In this document: positions 40,157 through 53,600 of the stretch, piece by piece
Position numbering within the stretch: position 1 is the stretch's first letter
How the letters are laid out: each line of letters opens with the position of its first letter
Source of the DNA: Octopus vulgaris
Taxonomy: Eukaryota
DNA: 64,000 nucleotides
Assembly: GCA_951406725.2 (NCBI GenBank)
Contig: OX597817.1
Location: forward strand, 34,720,001 to 34,784,000
Direction: 5' to 3'
The notes under the pieces: model-generated
Databases searched by the model: none
What the model was told of the DNA's origin: nothing
The model's input: the letters and a program-made list of their open reading frames with translations, nothing else
Translations under genes and position numbers: made by a program

Positions 40157-40700
40157 TCTTAGCTTCGACTATAAAATATATGAGGTAAGATGCCAAGTGC
40201 ACTAAACACCACTATGCTGGGAGAGGAATCTCCTACCTGATTGCTGATACTAATAGAAATAATATTCAATTATTACTCTGGTTAAATGACACCCAGCCAT
40301 CAGTGGGAATGAAGAACGATCTCGTCCTAGATGCACTGTACCAAAAACTAAGATGAGATAGTCATACTGAAATGCCGTTCATCATATCTACCTGATGAGG
40401 GTCGATCATGAGTTAAATAACGTCCGTATTTTTACGATGACAAAGGACTCTTGAACTTCAGCTAAGAAACCATTAACGTATCCACTACATATTGATATAT
40501 GCTGAATATATACATCCATGGGTAATTTTAAAAAGCATTAGGTCGAGAGGGTTAATCAGCTTAACAGAACCCGTCCTTCCCAAGCTATATTCTGCTCCAG
40601 AGCATTCCATACTACTCATACTGGTAACACATTTTAAAAATTTCGTGACTCATTAAATTTTGTTTGCGATACGAAAAGAACGACAATAATAAATGAAAAC

Positions 40701-40780
40701 CCGTATTTATTCGTGTTATTTCATACTTGAGGTTAGCTGGGGAAAAAACCGAGGTACGACTTATACACGAGTAAATACGG
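40701..40780. mobile_element. Tiny Tc1/pogo-like MITE
   Basis: TIRs ccgtatttattcgtgt / acacgagtaaatacgg followed by TA; the left TA is not preserved. Confidence 0.6.
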
Positions 40781-40880
40781 TAAAAAGCATATCATGTTTC
40801 ACCAGTTAGGTGTCGAATTGTCCCACACTGAGTTGTCATCATGTATGTATATATATATATTATATATATATATGAGTATG

Positions 40881-40936
<56 letters not shown>

Positions 40937-40937
40937 A

Positions 40938-41030
40938 TATAGAAGGAGCTTCTGCAGGACTAGAACTGTTTCATTCAAAAGAAATCATCAGGAATGAAAG
41001 AGTTCTAGTCCTGTAGAAGCTCCTTCTATA
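40938..41030. ncRNA. Hairpin element with a hammerhead core (40960-40991, minus strand) embedded in (TA)n
   Basis: 39-bp arms 40938-40976 / 40992-41030. Minus strand CUGAUGA uuuc-uuuu-gaau GAAAC A GUU cuag; the 5' strand of stem I is replaced by the inverted arm. Confidence 0.62.
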
Positions 41031-41103
41031 AAATAAATTAATTTACTCTGCTATGTATTGAGTACCTTATTTACTGTGGTTAACCCCGACTCAATCCGGG
41101 ACC

Positions 41104-41161
<58 letters not shown>

Positions 41162-41904
41162 CATATATGTATGTATAAGTTGTCAGATCTCAAATTTACT
41201 TCGTGAGCAAAATATTTGTAAAATATATATATAAGGGTTTGACTTCATTTTGCAAGATTATCGTAGGCGACACGCATGATTGTAGCGTCACACAATTTGG
41301 AAACTTCAGCTCCATATCCAGAGTTGTAAAACTGGTCAACCTGTGGGATCTATTAGCAGCTTGACAGACTGAGTCTATAAAATTTAAGTGTCTTAGCCAT
41401 TGGCACTTCAATCAACAGAACTTCAGTCGCTAGCAATGTGTAAGCCAGAAGAGATACCTGCTATAACACTTAAAGAGTTTCTTTTCCCAACGTTAATATG
41501 AGTGGAAGGAGAGATGGTAAAAGCGTTGAAATATGAGTATCCAAGGGCAATGGTCTGTAGAATCGGTTAGAACTAATATAACGAAACACACACACATACA
41601 CTTACGAGCACGCATTAAAACAGAAAAAAAGAAAGAAATGAAAGAATTTACCACTCAGCGATAAATTTTAATGAGACCAACAGTAAGTGGGTGACTATTA
41701 TGCAGAGATATATGTATCTGTGTGTAAAATTACAAAGCCGACCATACGCACACGGCCTTGCGAATAGTTACAACTGTGCGCACATAGCATTACGTACACA
41801 AACGTATAGAGGCTGATATCCATAACATACATGACACGTACACATTGAGAAAGCACAAACTCACCCTAACACGCGCGCACCCACATGCTCAACCACACAT
41901 ATAC

Positions 41905-42571
<667 letters not shown>

Positions 42572-43276
42572 TATATTGCTCACACAAGTGTCTGTATGTT
42601 TATATAAGAAAATAGGTCTAAAAGAGAGACAGTGGGTAGGGAAGTATAGAAAAAGGAACCAAAACAAAACAAAAAAAAAGAAACAAATGTGAAAATGAGA
42701 CCGATGGATGAGATTAACTGATTGTACGTATGGCATGGTATAATATAGTAAATGATAGAGCGGTTGAGAAATAAACAGAAAAGGAGTGTGTCAGATAAAG
42801 TTTCATACAAAAACAAAACCAGGAACGTGCTCTAATATATATATAAAAAAAAAAAAAACGTTGAGTTGAACTTTTCTGTGAACAGGCCTCTAGGGTATAA
42901 GCAATAGAATTTCTGCGCTTACTTCTCGCCTTGAAATACTGGTAAGCTCTTGGTGAGTCCAGTTTCGATTCCCACTTGCCAATGAGAATTATACAAACGA
43001 CACAACGCCGATATGTGTGTACGTGTGTGTGCGTGTGGTGATATTGTTTTGGTTTTAAAATCTGAAGCTTTGTAACCTTGAAAATATAAAGGATCAAAAT
43101 TCTTTTATAATAACTATTGTTTTGTCTTGTGTCATAGCAAATAATGTCGGAAATTTTCTGCGAATTGTTCCAGCTCTATTTCAGCCTTTCAATCTTGTCG
43201 TGTGTGTGTGTGTGTGTTTGTATTCTTCTGAGGCTATGAAATTTCTCAAGCATTTTTACATGCCTACAATGAATAG

Positions 43277-43582
43277 TGTGGAGGCACATGGCCTAGTGGT
43301 TAGAGCAGCGGACTCGCGGTCGAGGGATCGCGGGTTCGAATCTCAGACCGGGCGATGTGTGTGTTTATGAGCGAAGCACTTAAGTTCCACGCGGCTCCGG
43401 CAGGAGGTAATGGCGAACTTCTGCTGACACTTTCACCACAACTTTCTCTCACTCTTTCCTCATGCATCTTGCAGCTCACCTGCGACGGACCAGCATCCCG
43501 TCCAAGTGGGGAACCTATACGCCAAGGAAACCGGGAAACCGGCCCTCGTGAGCCAGGCGTGGCTCGAGAAGGAACAAACAAC
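43277..43582 (+). mobile_element. SINE family C, full length
   Basis: tRNA-like head (tggcctagtgg A box, ggttcgaatc B box) followed by a body shared with 49008-49303. Confidence 0.87.
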
Positions 43583-43599
43583 AATGAATAGTCCATGTT

Positions 43600-43995
43600 T
43601 ACTCTTTACTCTTTTACTTGTTTCAGTCATTTGACTGTGGCCATGCTGGAGCACTGCCTTTAGTCGAGCAAATCGACCCTAGGACTTATTCTTTGTAAGC
43701 CTAGTACTTATTCTATCGGTCTCGTTTGCCGAACCGCTAAGTTACGGGGACGTCAACACACCAGCATCGGTTGTCAAGTGATGTTGAGGGGACAAACATA
43801 TACACAACATACACACATATATACATATACACGACGGGCTTCTTTCAGTTTCTGTCTACCAAATCCACTCACAAGGCTTCGGTCGGCCCGAGGCTATAGT
43901 AGAAGACACTTGCCCAAGGTGCCACGCAGTGGGACTGAACCCGGAACCATGTGGTTCGTAAGCAAGCTACTTACTACACAGCCACTCCTACGCCT
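43600..43995 (-). mobile_element. SINE family B
   Basis: Reverse complement of the consensus. Confidence 0.87.
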
Positions 43996-44307
43996 GTTTC
44001 AGAATCATACAAGATTTTCGTCAGCATGCGCGTCTTGTAAATGCTGATTTTTGCATAACCGTAGACTTTATTCAAGTTTATCAGATGCCGTACCTTTACT
44101 CAACTTTGTCAGATGCCGTAATTGCTTTTCCCATTCTCATCATCTCCAGATAGGGCACTTACCAAGTTTGAAGATATATCTATTATTCCTAATCTTGTAT
44201 TTATCACATTGATGTTTAACTCTAAACAGTGATCACCAGGTGCCAATAAAGTAACCTTGATGCAATCTGATGTTGGTTACGACAGGAATACTTTTTATTA
44301 TATTTGA

Positions 44308-44724
44308 AGGCGGTGAGCTGGCAGAAATGTTAGCACGCCGAACGAAATGCTTAGCGGTATTTCGTCTGCCGTTACATTCTGAGTTCAAATTCCGCCGAGG
44401 TCCACTTTACCTTTCATCTTTACGGGGTCGATAAATTAAGAACCAGTTACGCACTGGGGTCGATGTAATCGACTTAATCCCTTTGTCTGTCCTTGTTTGT
44501 CCCCTCTGTGTTTAACCCCTTGTGGGTAGTAGAGAAATAGGTAGTTCGTCTGCCGTTACGTTCTGAGTTCAAATTCCGCCGAGGTCCACTTTACCTTTCA
44601 TCCTTTCGGGGTCGATAAATTAAGAACCAGTTACGCACTGGGGTCGATGTAATCGACTTAATCCCTTTGTCTGTCCTTGTTTGTCCTTTCTGTGTTTAGC
44701 CCCTTGTGGGCAATAAAGAAATAA
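44308..44724 (+). mobile_element. SINE family A, dimeric, with TSD
   Basis: Duplicated body, flanked by aggaatactttttattata / aggaatgcttttgattata. Confidence 0.87.
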
Positions 44725-44988
44725 GGAATGCTTTTGATTATAGATCTGTTGGATGAGGATTGACTTGGAGCTGAACAAGAACATTAAAGCTGGTATCATC
44801 CACTTCAAGGGGATTAAATTTAAAAATCTAATCTGAGCTCAGAAAGAAACCAAGATAGATACTGCAAAGCATTATTGTTTCTTTCGGTGCACCACTTTGC
44901 GGGAATGTAATGAAAAATAAAGTAATGTTTATCATTAATAACTTTTGTTTTTTCTCCTCTGGGATCACATTGTTATAAGCTTGTAATA

Positions 44989-45690
44989 TTCTTTTCTACT
45001 ACAGGCACAAGGCCTGACATTTTGGGAGAGGTGAGCTAGTCGATTACATCGACCTCAGTATTCAACTAGCGTTTATTTTATCAACCCCGAAAGAATGAAA
45101 GGCAAAGTCGACCACGGCGGAATTTGAACTCAGAAAGTAAAAGCGGACGAAATGCCACTAAGCATTTTGCCCAGCGTGCTAACGATTCTGCCAACTCGCT
45201 GCCTTTATACATCTGTAATATTCTTTTCTACTCTATGCACAAGGCCCGAAATTTTGGGGGAGGAGGGCAGTCGATTAGATCAACCCAGTACGCAACTGGT
45301 ACTTAATTTATCGATCCCGAAAGTCGATCTCAGCGGAATATGAACTCAGAACGTAACGGCAGACGAAATACCTATTTCTTTACTACCCACAAGTGGCTAA
45401 ACACAGAGGAGACAAACAAGGACAGACAAAGGGATTAAGTCGATTACATTGACCCCAGTGCATAACTGGTACCCCGAAAGGATGAAAGGCAAAGTCGACC
45501 TCGGTGGAATTTGAACTGAGAACGTTTCTGCCAGCTCGCCGCTTTTATATACCTGTGATATTGATTTCACATTTTGACACAAGGTCAGCAATTTTGGGGA
45601 ATTGAGTAAGTCGATTAAATCAACCCCAGTGCTCAACTCGAACTTATTTTATCGACTGCGGCGATATTTGAACTCAGAACGTAAAGACTG
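44989..45690 (-). mobile_element. Three head-to-tail SINE family A copies (44989-45205, 45221-45545, 45565-45690)
   Basis: Consensus matches separated by a repeated ttata....tgtaata spacer. Confidence 0.82.
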
Positions 45691-47166
45691 AAGCGTTATA
45701 TACCAGTAATAAGTATGCAACAGTGTACAGAAACATAATGAAAATAAACTATTATTCATCAATCTTTTCCCCCTCTGGGATTAAACAGTTATGCACTGGT
45801 AATATTTAAAAAAAACACTCCGAGCTTTGGGAAAATAAAATATTGTTGTAGAATAACACATGATTCAGAAAGCTAAGTGCGAGAATTAATTCTGACCGTT
45901 TGACTCCACTATCCTAATGCTCTTGACAACATTACCGAATGCTATCCCCACTTTCCTATTAAATTTTTGGCCTTCTGTTTAAGTGGGATTAGAACAGTGA
46001 GAGTAACACAGTAAGAAGGGACGTAACGTTATTGCTTTGGGGTATTTTTAGTTCAAACTGTGTTGTATCCCTACTGTTTCTGTGTTTAAATCTACACAAA
46101 GAAAAGCAAAGACATTCTTGAGTATCTCTTGAAAGCCGACCAACTAGGGCTGCAACGATGCATTGGAGTGCACGAAACTGTGTTTCGTGTTTTCATGCAT
46201 TGGTTCCCCGCAGTTATCAAACTTTGGGAACATATAAGTGTTAACATCTCAGAGCTTGTTTCAGGACTAAAATCTATCTTTTCTGTCGAGAGCAATCCTA
46301 AGGCTAGAAAACCCCCCATGTAGAATGAGAGACAGTCAATTGGTGCATGTGTGTTTTATTATTATAGCCAAAAAGATATACAAACATTATAGCCCCGTAT
46401 AAAATGGGACTGGAAAGAAGTATTTTACCTCGGAATATTACCTCTATTTTTCACCCCAGTAGAAAAAATGGTATTCGCCTGTATGTAAAATGGTTGATTG
46501 TGTTAATTTAATCCCTTGAATTCGGAGTAACACATAACCAATTAAAACTCTAATCCTTTTTGAATAATGAGCATCCATGAAATCATCTCTTAATTCCTGG
46601 GATTTTGTAGTATTAAATCCTTGTGAAATAAACATACTCAAGAATGTGGTCTTGAGTATGACTATCGCAAGAAGCTTTCTCTATCGGGTAGGCAGAGTCG
46701 AGTTTTTTACAGTCTCCAACGACGAAGGTGAATTACACTCGACTCTCACTCTGCCGTGCTTTGTTAAAAGTGTGTCTAATCGGTCTCCGTAATCATCTTA
46801 ATGAGGCACACAACAACCCACTCACTAGTGGTGGCAGGATACATACAACCAAACCCTCAGTTGGTTTTCCGCATCTCTATCGATAAATCATCTTCTCTAT
46901 CGTGCTAATAATATAACTCGCATCGATATAATCTGTTGAAGAACTGATTTCTGATTGCGATTAAATAAGAAAACTACATCGTATTGCGACTGCAAAAGAA
47001 TAAGCTTGGTTAAATTCTCATCGAGAAACCAGAATGACGGATGTCTCTGAAAGAAGGAAAACCTACTTTACTGTAATGACAATTTTAGGTTTTACCATTT
47101 CGTTTCCGAAGAGCTTGAATCTGTAAGATGCGTCAACTTTATATCAGTTGAACATAGATGTTAATA

Positions 47167-47401
47167 CCTATTTCTTTACTACCCACAAGGCGCTAAACGC
47201 AGAGAGGACAAACAAGGACAGACAAACAGATTAAGTCGATTATATCAACCCCAGTGCGTAACTGGTACTTATTTGATCGACCCCGAAAGGATGAAAGGGA
47301 ATGTCGACCTTGGCGGAATTTGAACTCAGAATGTAACGGCAGACGAAATACAGCTACGCATTTCGCCCGGCGTGCTAACGTTTCTGCCAGCTCGCCGCCT
47401 T
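47167..47401 (-). mobile_element. SINE family A with 13-bp TSD
   Basis: atagatgttaata at 47154-47166 and 47402-47414. Confidence 0.9.
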
Positions 47402-47844
47402 ATAGATGTTAATAGCTTTTTCACTTTAAGAGTTATGTTAACAAGAAACCAGCACTGTCATAGTTCTTTATTTGTTTCTATCATTGGGCTGCAGCCATGC
47501 TTGAGCACCGCTTTGAAGAGTTTTATGTCGATCAAATGGACACTAATAATTATTTTGCAAATCTGGGGCTTATTCTGTCGGTGTCTTAACCACTAGATGA
47601 CGGGGAACGTAAATAACTAATACATGTGTGCGCGCATGTATGTGTATCGACGGGCTTCTAAACAGTTTTCCGTCTACTAAATTTCACAGGGTCAAGCTTT
47701 TTCCTCCAACTAAAAACAATTCAAATAAATAATTGTTATGGAGTGGGAGCCATTGTACACACATCCCTTAACTTATTAATCTAAACTCATTCTATTACCA
47801 CATTTGAGTAATTTCCATTTGCTATTTTTTATATATATATATAT

Positions 47845-48212
47845 CTCTTTACTCTTTTACTTGTTTCAGTCATTTGACTGTGGCCATGCTGGCACACCGC
47901 CTTTAGTCGAGCAAATCGACCCCAGGATCTATTCTTTATAAGCCTAGTACTTAGTCTATCGGTCTCCTTTGTAAACACACCAGCCTCGGTTGTCAAGCAA
48001 TGTTGGGGGGGGGACAAACACACAAACATATATATATATATATATATATACGATGGGCTTCTTTCAGTTTCCGTCTACCAAATCCACTCACAAGGCTTTG
48101 GTCGGCCCAAGGCTATAGTAGAAGACATTTGCCGAAGGTGCCACGCAGTGGGACAGAACCCGGAACCATGTGGTTGGTAAGCAAGCTACTTAACCACACA
48201 GCCACTCCTACG
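47845..48212 (-). mobile_element. SINE family B (internal deletion)
   Basis: Reverse complement of the consensus. Confidence 0.85.
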
Positions 48213-48716
48213 ACAGTGGACAAAGTTGAACAAACTGCACTAAAGAAAAATGAACAATAAGCAAGCAATCGTTGATTTTTGGCTAGAATCAGTATTGTGT
48301 AAATTGCATTTCAATTTATTTCTAAAAAATGAATAAACTGAAATATAATAAGTAAACAACGTTGTAATACCCCATGCATTCGACACACACACTGACCCAC
48401 GTATACGTATACATACACACACACATATTCGTGAGTGTAATGTTATATTTCAGTTTTCTAAAAACAAAATTTAGAAATAAATTAAAATGGAACAAACGTA
48501 TTTTACACAATGCCGATTATATCCGAAAATTAACGACAATTTTTGTTCGCCTTCCACTTTCCTTCAGCACAATTTGTTCCCCTTTGTGCACTATCTTATA
48601 TGTACAAAGTTCGAAAGAGTGTCGTTTTTATTAACAATAATAATACTGTTGTGAGTCATGCCCATTTCACCCCTATTGTCCGTGAAAACCATCATTGCTT
48701 TATAATTTGTCTCTGC

Positions 48717-48929
48717 AAGGCGATGAGCTGGCAGAATTGTTAGCACGCCGGGCGAAATGCGTAGCCGTATTTAGTCTGCCGTTACGTTCTGAGTTCAAAT
48801 TCTGCCAAGGTCGACTTTGCTTTTCATCCTTTCGAGGTCGATAAATTAAGTACCAGTTACGCACTTAATCCGTTTGTCTGTCCTTGTTTGTCCTCTCTGT
48901 GTTTAGCCCTTGTGGGTAGTAAAGAAATA
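48717..48929 (+). mobile_element. SINE family A with 15-bp TSD
   Basis: tataatttgtctctg at 48701-48715 and 48930-48944. Confidence 0.9.
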
Positions 48930-49007
48930 TATAATTTGTCTCTGTAGTTTCTATCGTCTTCCGAAATTGTGACAAATAAAAGAAATTATAATGATTAATA
49001 TTCCTTA

Positions 49008-49303
49008 TGTGGAGGCATATGGCCTAGTGGTTAGAGCTGCGGACTCGCGGTCGAGGGATCGCGGGTTCGAATCTCAGACCAGGTGATGTGTGTGTTTATG
49101 AGCGAAACACCTAAACTCCACGCGGCTCTGGCAGAAAGTAATGGAGAACTTCTGCTGGCTCTTGCGCGACAACTTTCTCTCACTCTTTCCTCTTGCAGCT
49201 CACCTGCGACGGACAGGCGTCCCGCCCAGGTGGGGAACCTATACGCCAAGGAAACCGGGAAACCGGCCCTTATGAGCCAGGCATGGCTCGAGAAGGAACA
49301 AAC
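49008..49303 (+). mobile_element. SINE family C
   Basis: Near-identical to 43277-43582. Confidence 0.87.
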
Positions 49304-50066
49304 CAAATTCCTTATAGTCTTTAGTCAGGGTTCTTTACATTCTGAGTTCAAATCCCATCGAAGTCAACATCGTTTTTCATCCTTTCAGAGTCAATTAAAT
49401 AAAGTACCAAACAAGAACTGAGGTTAATGCGATCAACTAACCACCTCCCCTTAAAATTGCTATTCTTGTGTCAAAATTTGAAACAATCATCATCATTGTC
49501 ATCGTCGTCGTCATCATTATCATCATCATCTTATGACTGCTTTTGGTGACAGAGTCGGTCGAGCGATAAAGTGGCAGAAACAGTAGATCGCCATCTAAAA
49601 AGTTTTCCGTATTTAGATAAGATTTTATCTTTTAGTCAGAAAGAAAGGCAGCCAATGACCCTTTACAGAGCTATCGAGACTGGTTGGAGGGATCGGGAGA
49701 GAGAAAGAGAGAGGGAGGGAGGGAGGGGTATCTTCAAACCAGAGTCCTGTTCCGAATGTTTTCGACTGAGTAGGCTTCATTAAAGATATCAAAGGTGCCC
49801 GCTTGTTGAGTTAAACCGGGTGAATAATTAGAAATAATTATGGGGTGAGGGGGGTAAAAGAGGCACTATTAATCAATGAGTAATATAAATTTGATTATTT
49901 CTGCAAGCGAGGAAGACAACTCTGGACCTCTTCCAATTTTATCCTGACCTCATCATCGAAGCATAGATTTCACATTAATTGCAGAAGTAATGATGAAAGG
50001 TTCATTATATACAATATACAAACACATACACTTGTTAGTGTTGTGAAATACAAACTGCTTAAAGAT

Positions 50067-50850
50067 TACTCTTTACTCTTTTATTTGTTTCAGTTATTTT
50101 ACTGTGGTCATGCTGGAGCACCGCCTTTAGTCGAGCAAATCGACACCCAAGACTTATTCTTTGTAAGCCTAGTACTTATTCTATCGGTATCTTTTGCGAA
50201 CCGCTAAGTTACGGGGAAATAAACACACCAGCATCGGTTGTCAAGTGATGTTGAGGGCACAAACACAGGCACACAAATATATACACACAAACATACATAT
50301 ATATACATATACATATATACGACAGGCTTCTTTCAGTTTCCGTCTACCAAATCCATTCACAAGGCTTTGGTCGGCTCGAGGCTATAGTAGAAGACACTTG
50401 CCCAAGGTGCCACGCAGTGGGACTGAACCCGAAACCATGTGGTTCGTAAGCAAGCTACTTTATTTCATAAATATTTGCCATGAAGGCAATACAAAGAGGG
50501 GGCGAACAAGAACAAACATAAAAGGGTGAAGTAGCTGTAGCGATTAAATATTTACAAATTAAAAATACTATAATTTAATGAATATGTTTATAACTTTTGA
50601 CTTAATGGCTTCTCTGAAGGATAGGCATCCGACCACCAGAGTAGACCCCTTGCTTTTTCTTTCCTGTTTTTGGCTTCCACTTACCTGGTGTCAAACACTC
50701 CCAGCTTCCTCGCCACAGGCTTCCATCTTCTCATGAATCTGTCTCGTGACAGGTACCTCTTCTCCAGTCTGATCTTACTACTGAAGTGGTAACTAAAAAA
50801 AGTTAGCTAACCCCTGGCCGGATACTTACCACACAGCCACTCCTACGCCT
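50067..50850 (-). mobile_element. SINE family B split by an insertion in its tRNA-like head
   Basis: The consensus stops at ...caagctactt (50460) and resumes at accacacagccactcc (50828). Confidence 0.85.
50461..50822 (-). mobile_element. 5'-truncated L1/Tx1-like LINE 3' end
   Basis: Minus-strand remnant ..YHFSSKIRLEKRYLSRDRFMRRWKPVARKLG..* then a 3'UTR ending in aataaa; tactt is duplicated on both sides. Confidence 0.55.
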
Positions 50851-51385
50851 ATTAAGGAACTTAGGAATCATATCGACATGAAAAGCAATAGTTAAGTTGA
50901 TATCAATATATTTTATGTGGGGAATTGTCACTCTACGTTCCGAGCCAAACTCTGTCATGTTAACCTTAACCTTTCCTCACCAATATAATTAGTTAAACTA
51001 CTGAACCTCGATCGTTTTTGTCATCTAAACACCTTGTATTCAGCGAAAGCTGGAAATCAGCTTAATCATTTCTGAAGGTAAGCGCCAAAGAGTAAGCTTC
51101 TTACAGAGTTCTTGATCTCTGGTATTAAATCAGGATAAATGTCACATTGCTTCAATTTGGCTACTGGTACTTCTTGGAATGACAAGAACGCCACAACCTC
51201 CTTATTCCTTCTCCCGCACAAACACCAAACGTCAAGATAATAATAATAATAGTAATAATAATGAAGAAAAAAAAACAATTATTATTATTGAAGTCTGGAA
51301 TATTATTAGTGTTGGCGGCGGTCATATAGAGTTCATTAAACTACTGTTACCATAGTAACCCCAAAAGAAACTCAGATGTTAATGG

Positions 51386-51418
<33 letters not shown>

Positions 51419-52470
51419 CGACGACGATGACAACGACCACGACTACAATGGTGACAACGATATTGACGACGAAACGATGACGACGACGACGTCGATGATG
51501 ATGATGATGATGAGGTTGGCGATGATGATGCTGATTCGCCGGCTACAGTTGGGTCACTGGGTCACTAGGACTCGGTAGAGCAGTCGATGAACCTTCCCAT
51601 CCTGACCTAGATCTAAACGCCTGCTGGGTACCATTGTGGTAGTGGTGGTGGTGGCGGCGGCGGCGGTGGTGGTGGAGGCAGCAGTAGTAATGCTTTTTGT
51701 TTTTTTTTTTCCTTTTTTCCTTTATAGTTGTTGTTGTTGTTGCTATTCTTGTTGCTACTACTGCTGAGGTGTTGTAGTAGCGGTTGCTTTGAAAGTGGTG
51801 GTGAGGTGGGAACTTAGGAGGAAACTTGAGAAGAATAGTCAAACACGATGTTAAAAGGTTTAACACGTGTATCTCTCAGAGACTGGAGTAAGAAAATAAG
51901 AACAATCAGACTGCACTAGTTACGTTATCCTACATAGACATCACATGACTTGATACTAGCCAATGAATGAAAACATCTAAGTGATCGCTACACCTGCTAG
52001 AAACAGCAGCTAATTCTCTCAAATCACATCCTACTGTTATGTATAAAGACAGGACATATTAAATAAAGTGGTTCTATTTATTCATTAAAGAACGAAACGG
52101 TCAGGGTTGGACTGCCCTTGATCGTAGCTCTGCTCGTCCAGAGTCGATCTAATGCTAAACAATAGTAGCCACAATATTTAATAGTATAGCCCATCGTGGG
52201 GCTGTATTTTTGGCCCAGTCTGTAAAAAAAACTTTGATAATGTGCTAAGTTTCAAATGCTCTCTTTAACGATTATTTAATTTTCCAGTTAGGATAAAACA
52301 ATTTTTCGTATGATATTTCAATTGAATCTATATAGACAAAAGTTGTGGCTTTTTTATGCAGTTGACGTCCCTAGGTAATTTCTCTTATAATTTATTCTCT
52401 AAAATAAACTACTTTTCACAACTACCCATGTACAGCATTTACTTAGCATTTCTCTTATCACCTCATTCTT

Positions 52471-52518
52471 ATGACTCCCTGAGTAGGTTTGATAAGATCG
52501 AAACATGCCCGGAGTTAT
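52471..52518 (+). ncRNA. Degenerate hammerhead-like motif
   Basis: augacucc CUGAGUA gguuu-gaua-agauc GAAAC aug ccc ggaguuau. 8-bp stem I, but the core and cleavage triplet are substituted. Confidence 0.45.
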
Positions 52519-53357
52519 TCACCGTGCATTGACTAATATTGTCTTTTTGGGATTTTAAAAATATTTACTACATTATCTATTTTAACACTTCCTTCATTAA
52601 ACTAATTCTATTTGCCGCCAAAGAAAATCATTGGTTGTTTTTTTTTTTTAATTCGTTGTATTGAACTGAGACCGAGCTTACGATACTATTTCGGTTCTCA
52701 CTTGTGACAAATCCATTTCCATAACGTCGCTAATGGCATAAACATTACCATTTCTAAAGATCTGCAGCCCCAACCCTTTTTTTACTATCTGGAATTGTGA
52801 TAATCGAAACAATGACGCACAGAATCATTCTTATTTCTCTCCGGTAGATTTGGACGTGAATAATTTAACACCATTTGTATTTTGTCTTCATAGAACACCT
52901 CCTTTCAGACGATGTGTGTTGGCAATGCACTCGATTCATTGGTGTTGGGAGACTTTGGGAGACCGGTGTTTCGATCTGGTTGCATCTCTTCAGTTAGATC
53001 TACCCCCGCATCAATTGCACTAATTCTTTTTATTGCGACTTCGGAGAATGCCTTCTCCTTTAATTATAATAAATTATTTATTATTTATTTGTTTGTAATA
53101 TTGCTTTGTTTGTTTGTGTTTTAGACTAGCGGCGAATGCGCCAATGCTTATGTTTTCTTGTTGGTGCGCGTTGCTCTGCAGCCAATTTTTTAAATATTAT
53201 CTTAAAATGATAAAATGAAACTGCATGTAACGTATTGAATTATATATAAGAAAACGTATTTAGTTTGACTAATATGAATGAATATGTGACAAAACTCCAA
53301 ATTTAAACGGTAACAGTGTGTTTTGTAACTGTAGAATGAATCCACCCTCCTCCCCCA

Positions 53358-53600
53358 TAGGCGTATGGCTTGGTAGTTAGGTTGTTGCACTCACAATCGC
53401 AAAATTGTGGTTTCTATTCTTGGACCGGACGTTGAGTTCTTGAATAAGTTATTTCTTTTCATGTTGCTCCTGTCTACTCAGCTGTAAATGAGTAATCCTG
53501 CAATTCGTTGAGGGTGAATATTGTGATGTCGGTCACTTATACATAGAAACAGGGCTACCGGTACTATGAGTCCTAGAACTCGAGACAATAGTGTCCAAGG
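53358..53600 (+). mobile_element. Old SINE family C-like copy (another at 54652-54800)
   Basis: Degenerate tRNA head plus atgttgctcc.gtctactcagctg, matching the 23401 copy. Confidence 0.6.

Noticed and set aside
43279-43352. tRNA-like sequence (also near 49010 and 23401)
   Set aside because: It is the head of SINE family C and continues into a shared SINE body; no complete cloverleaf.
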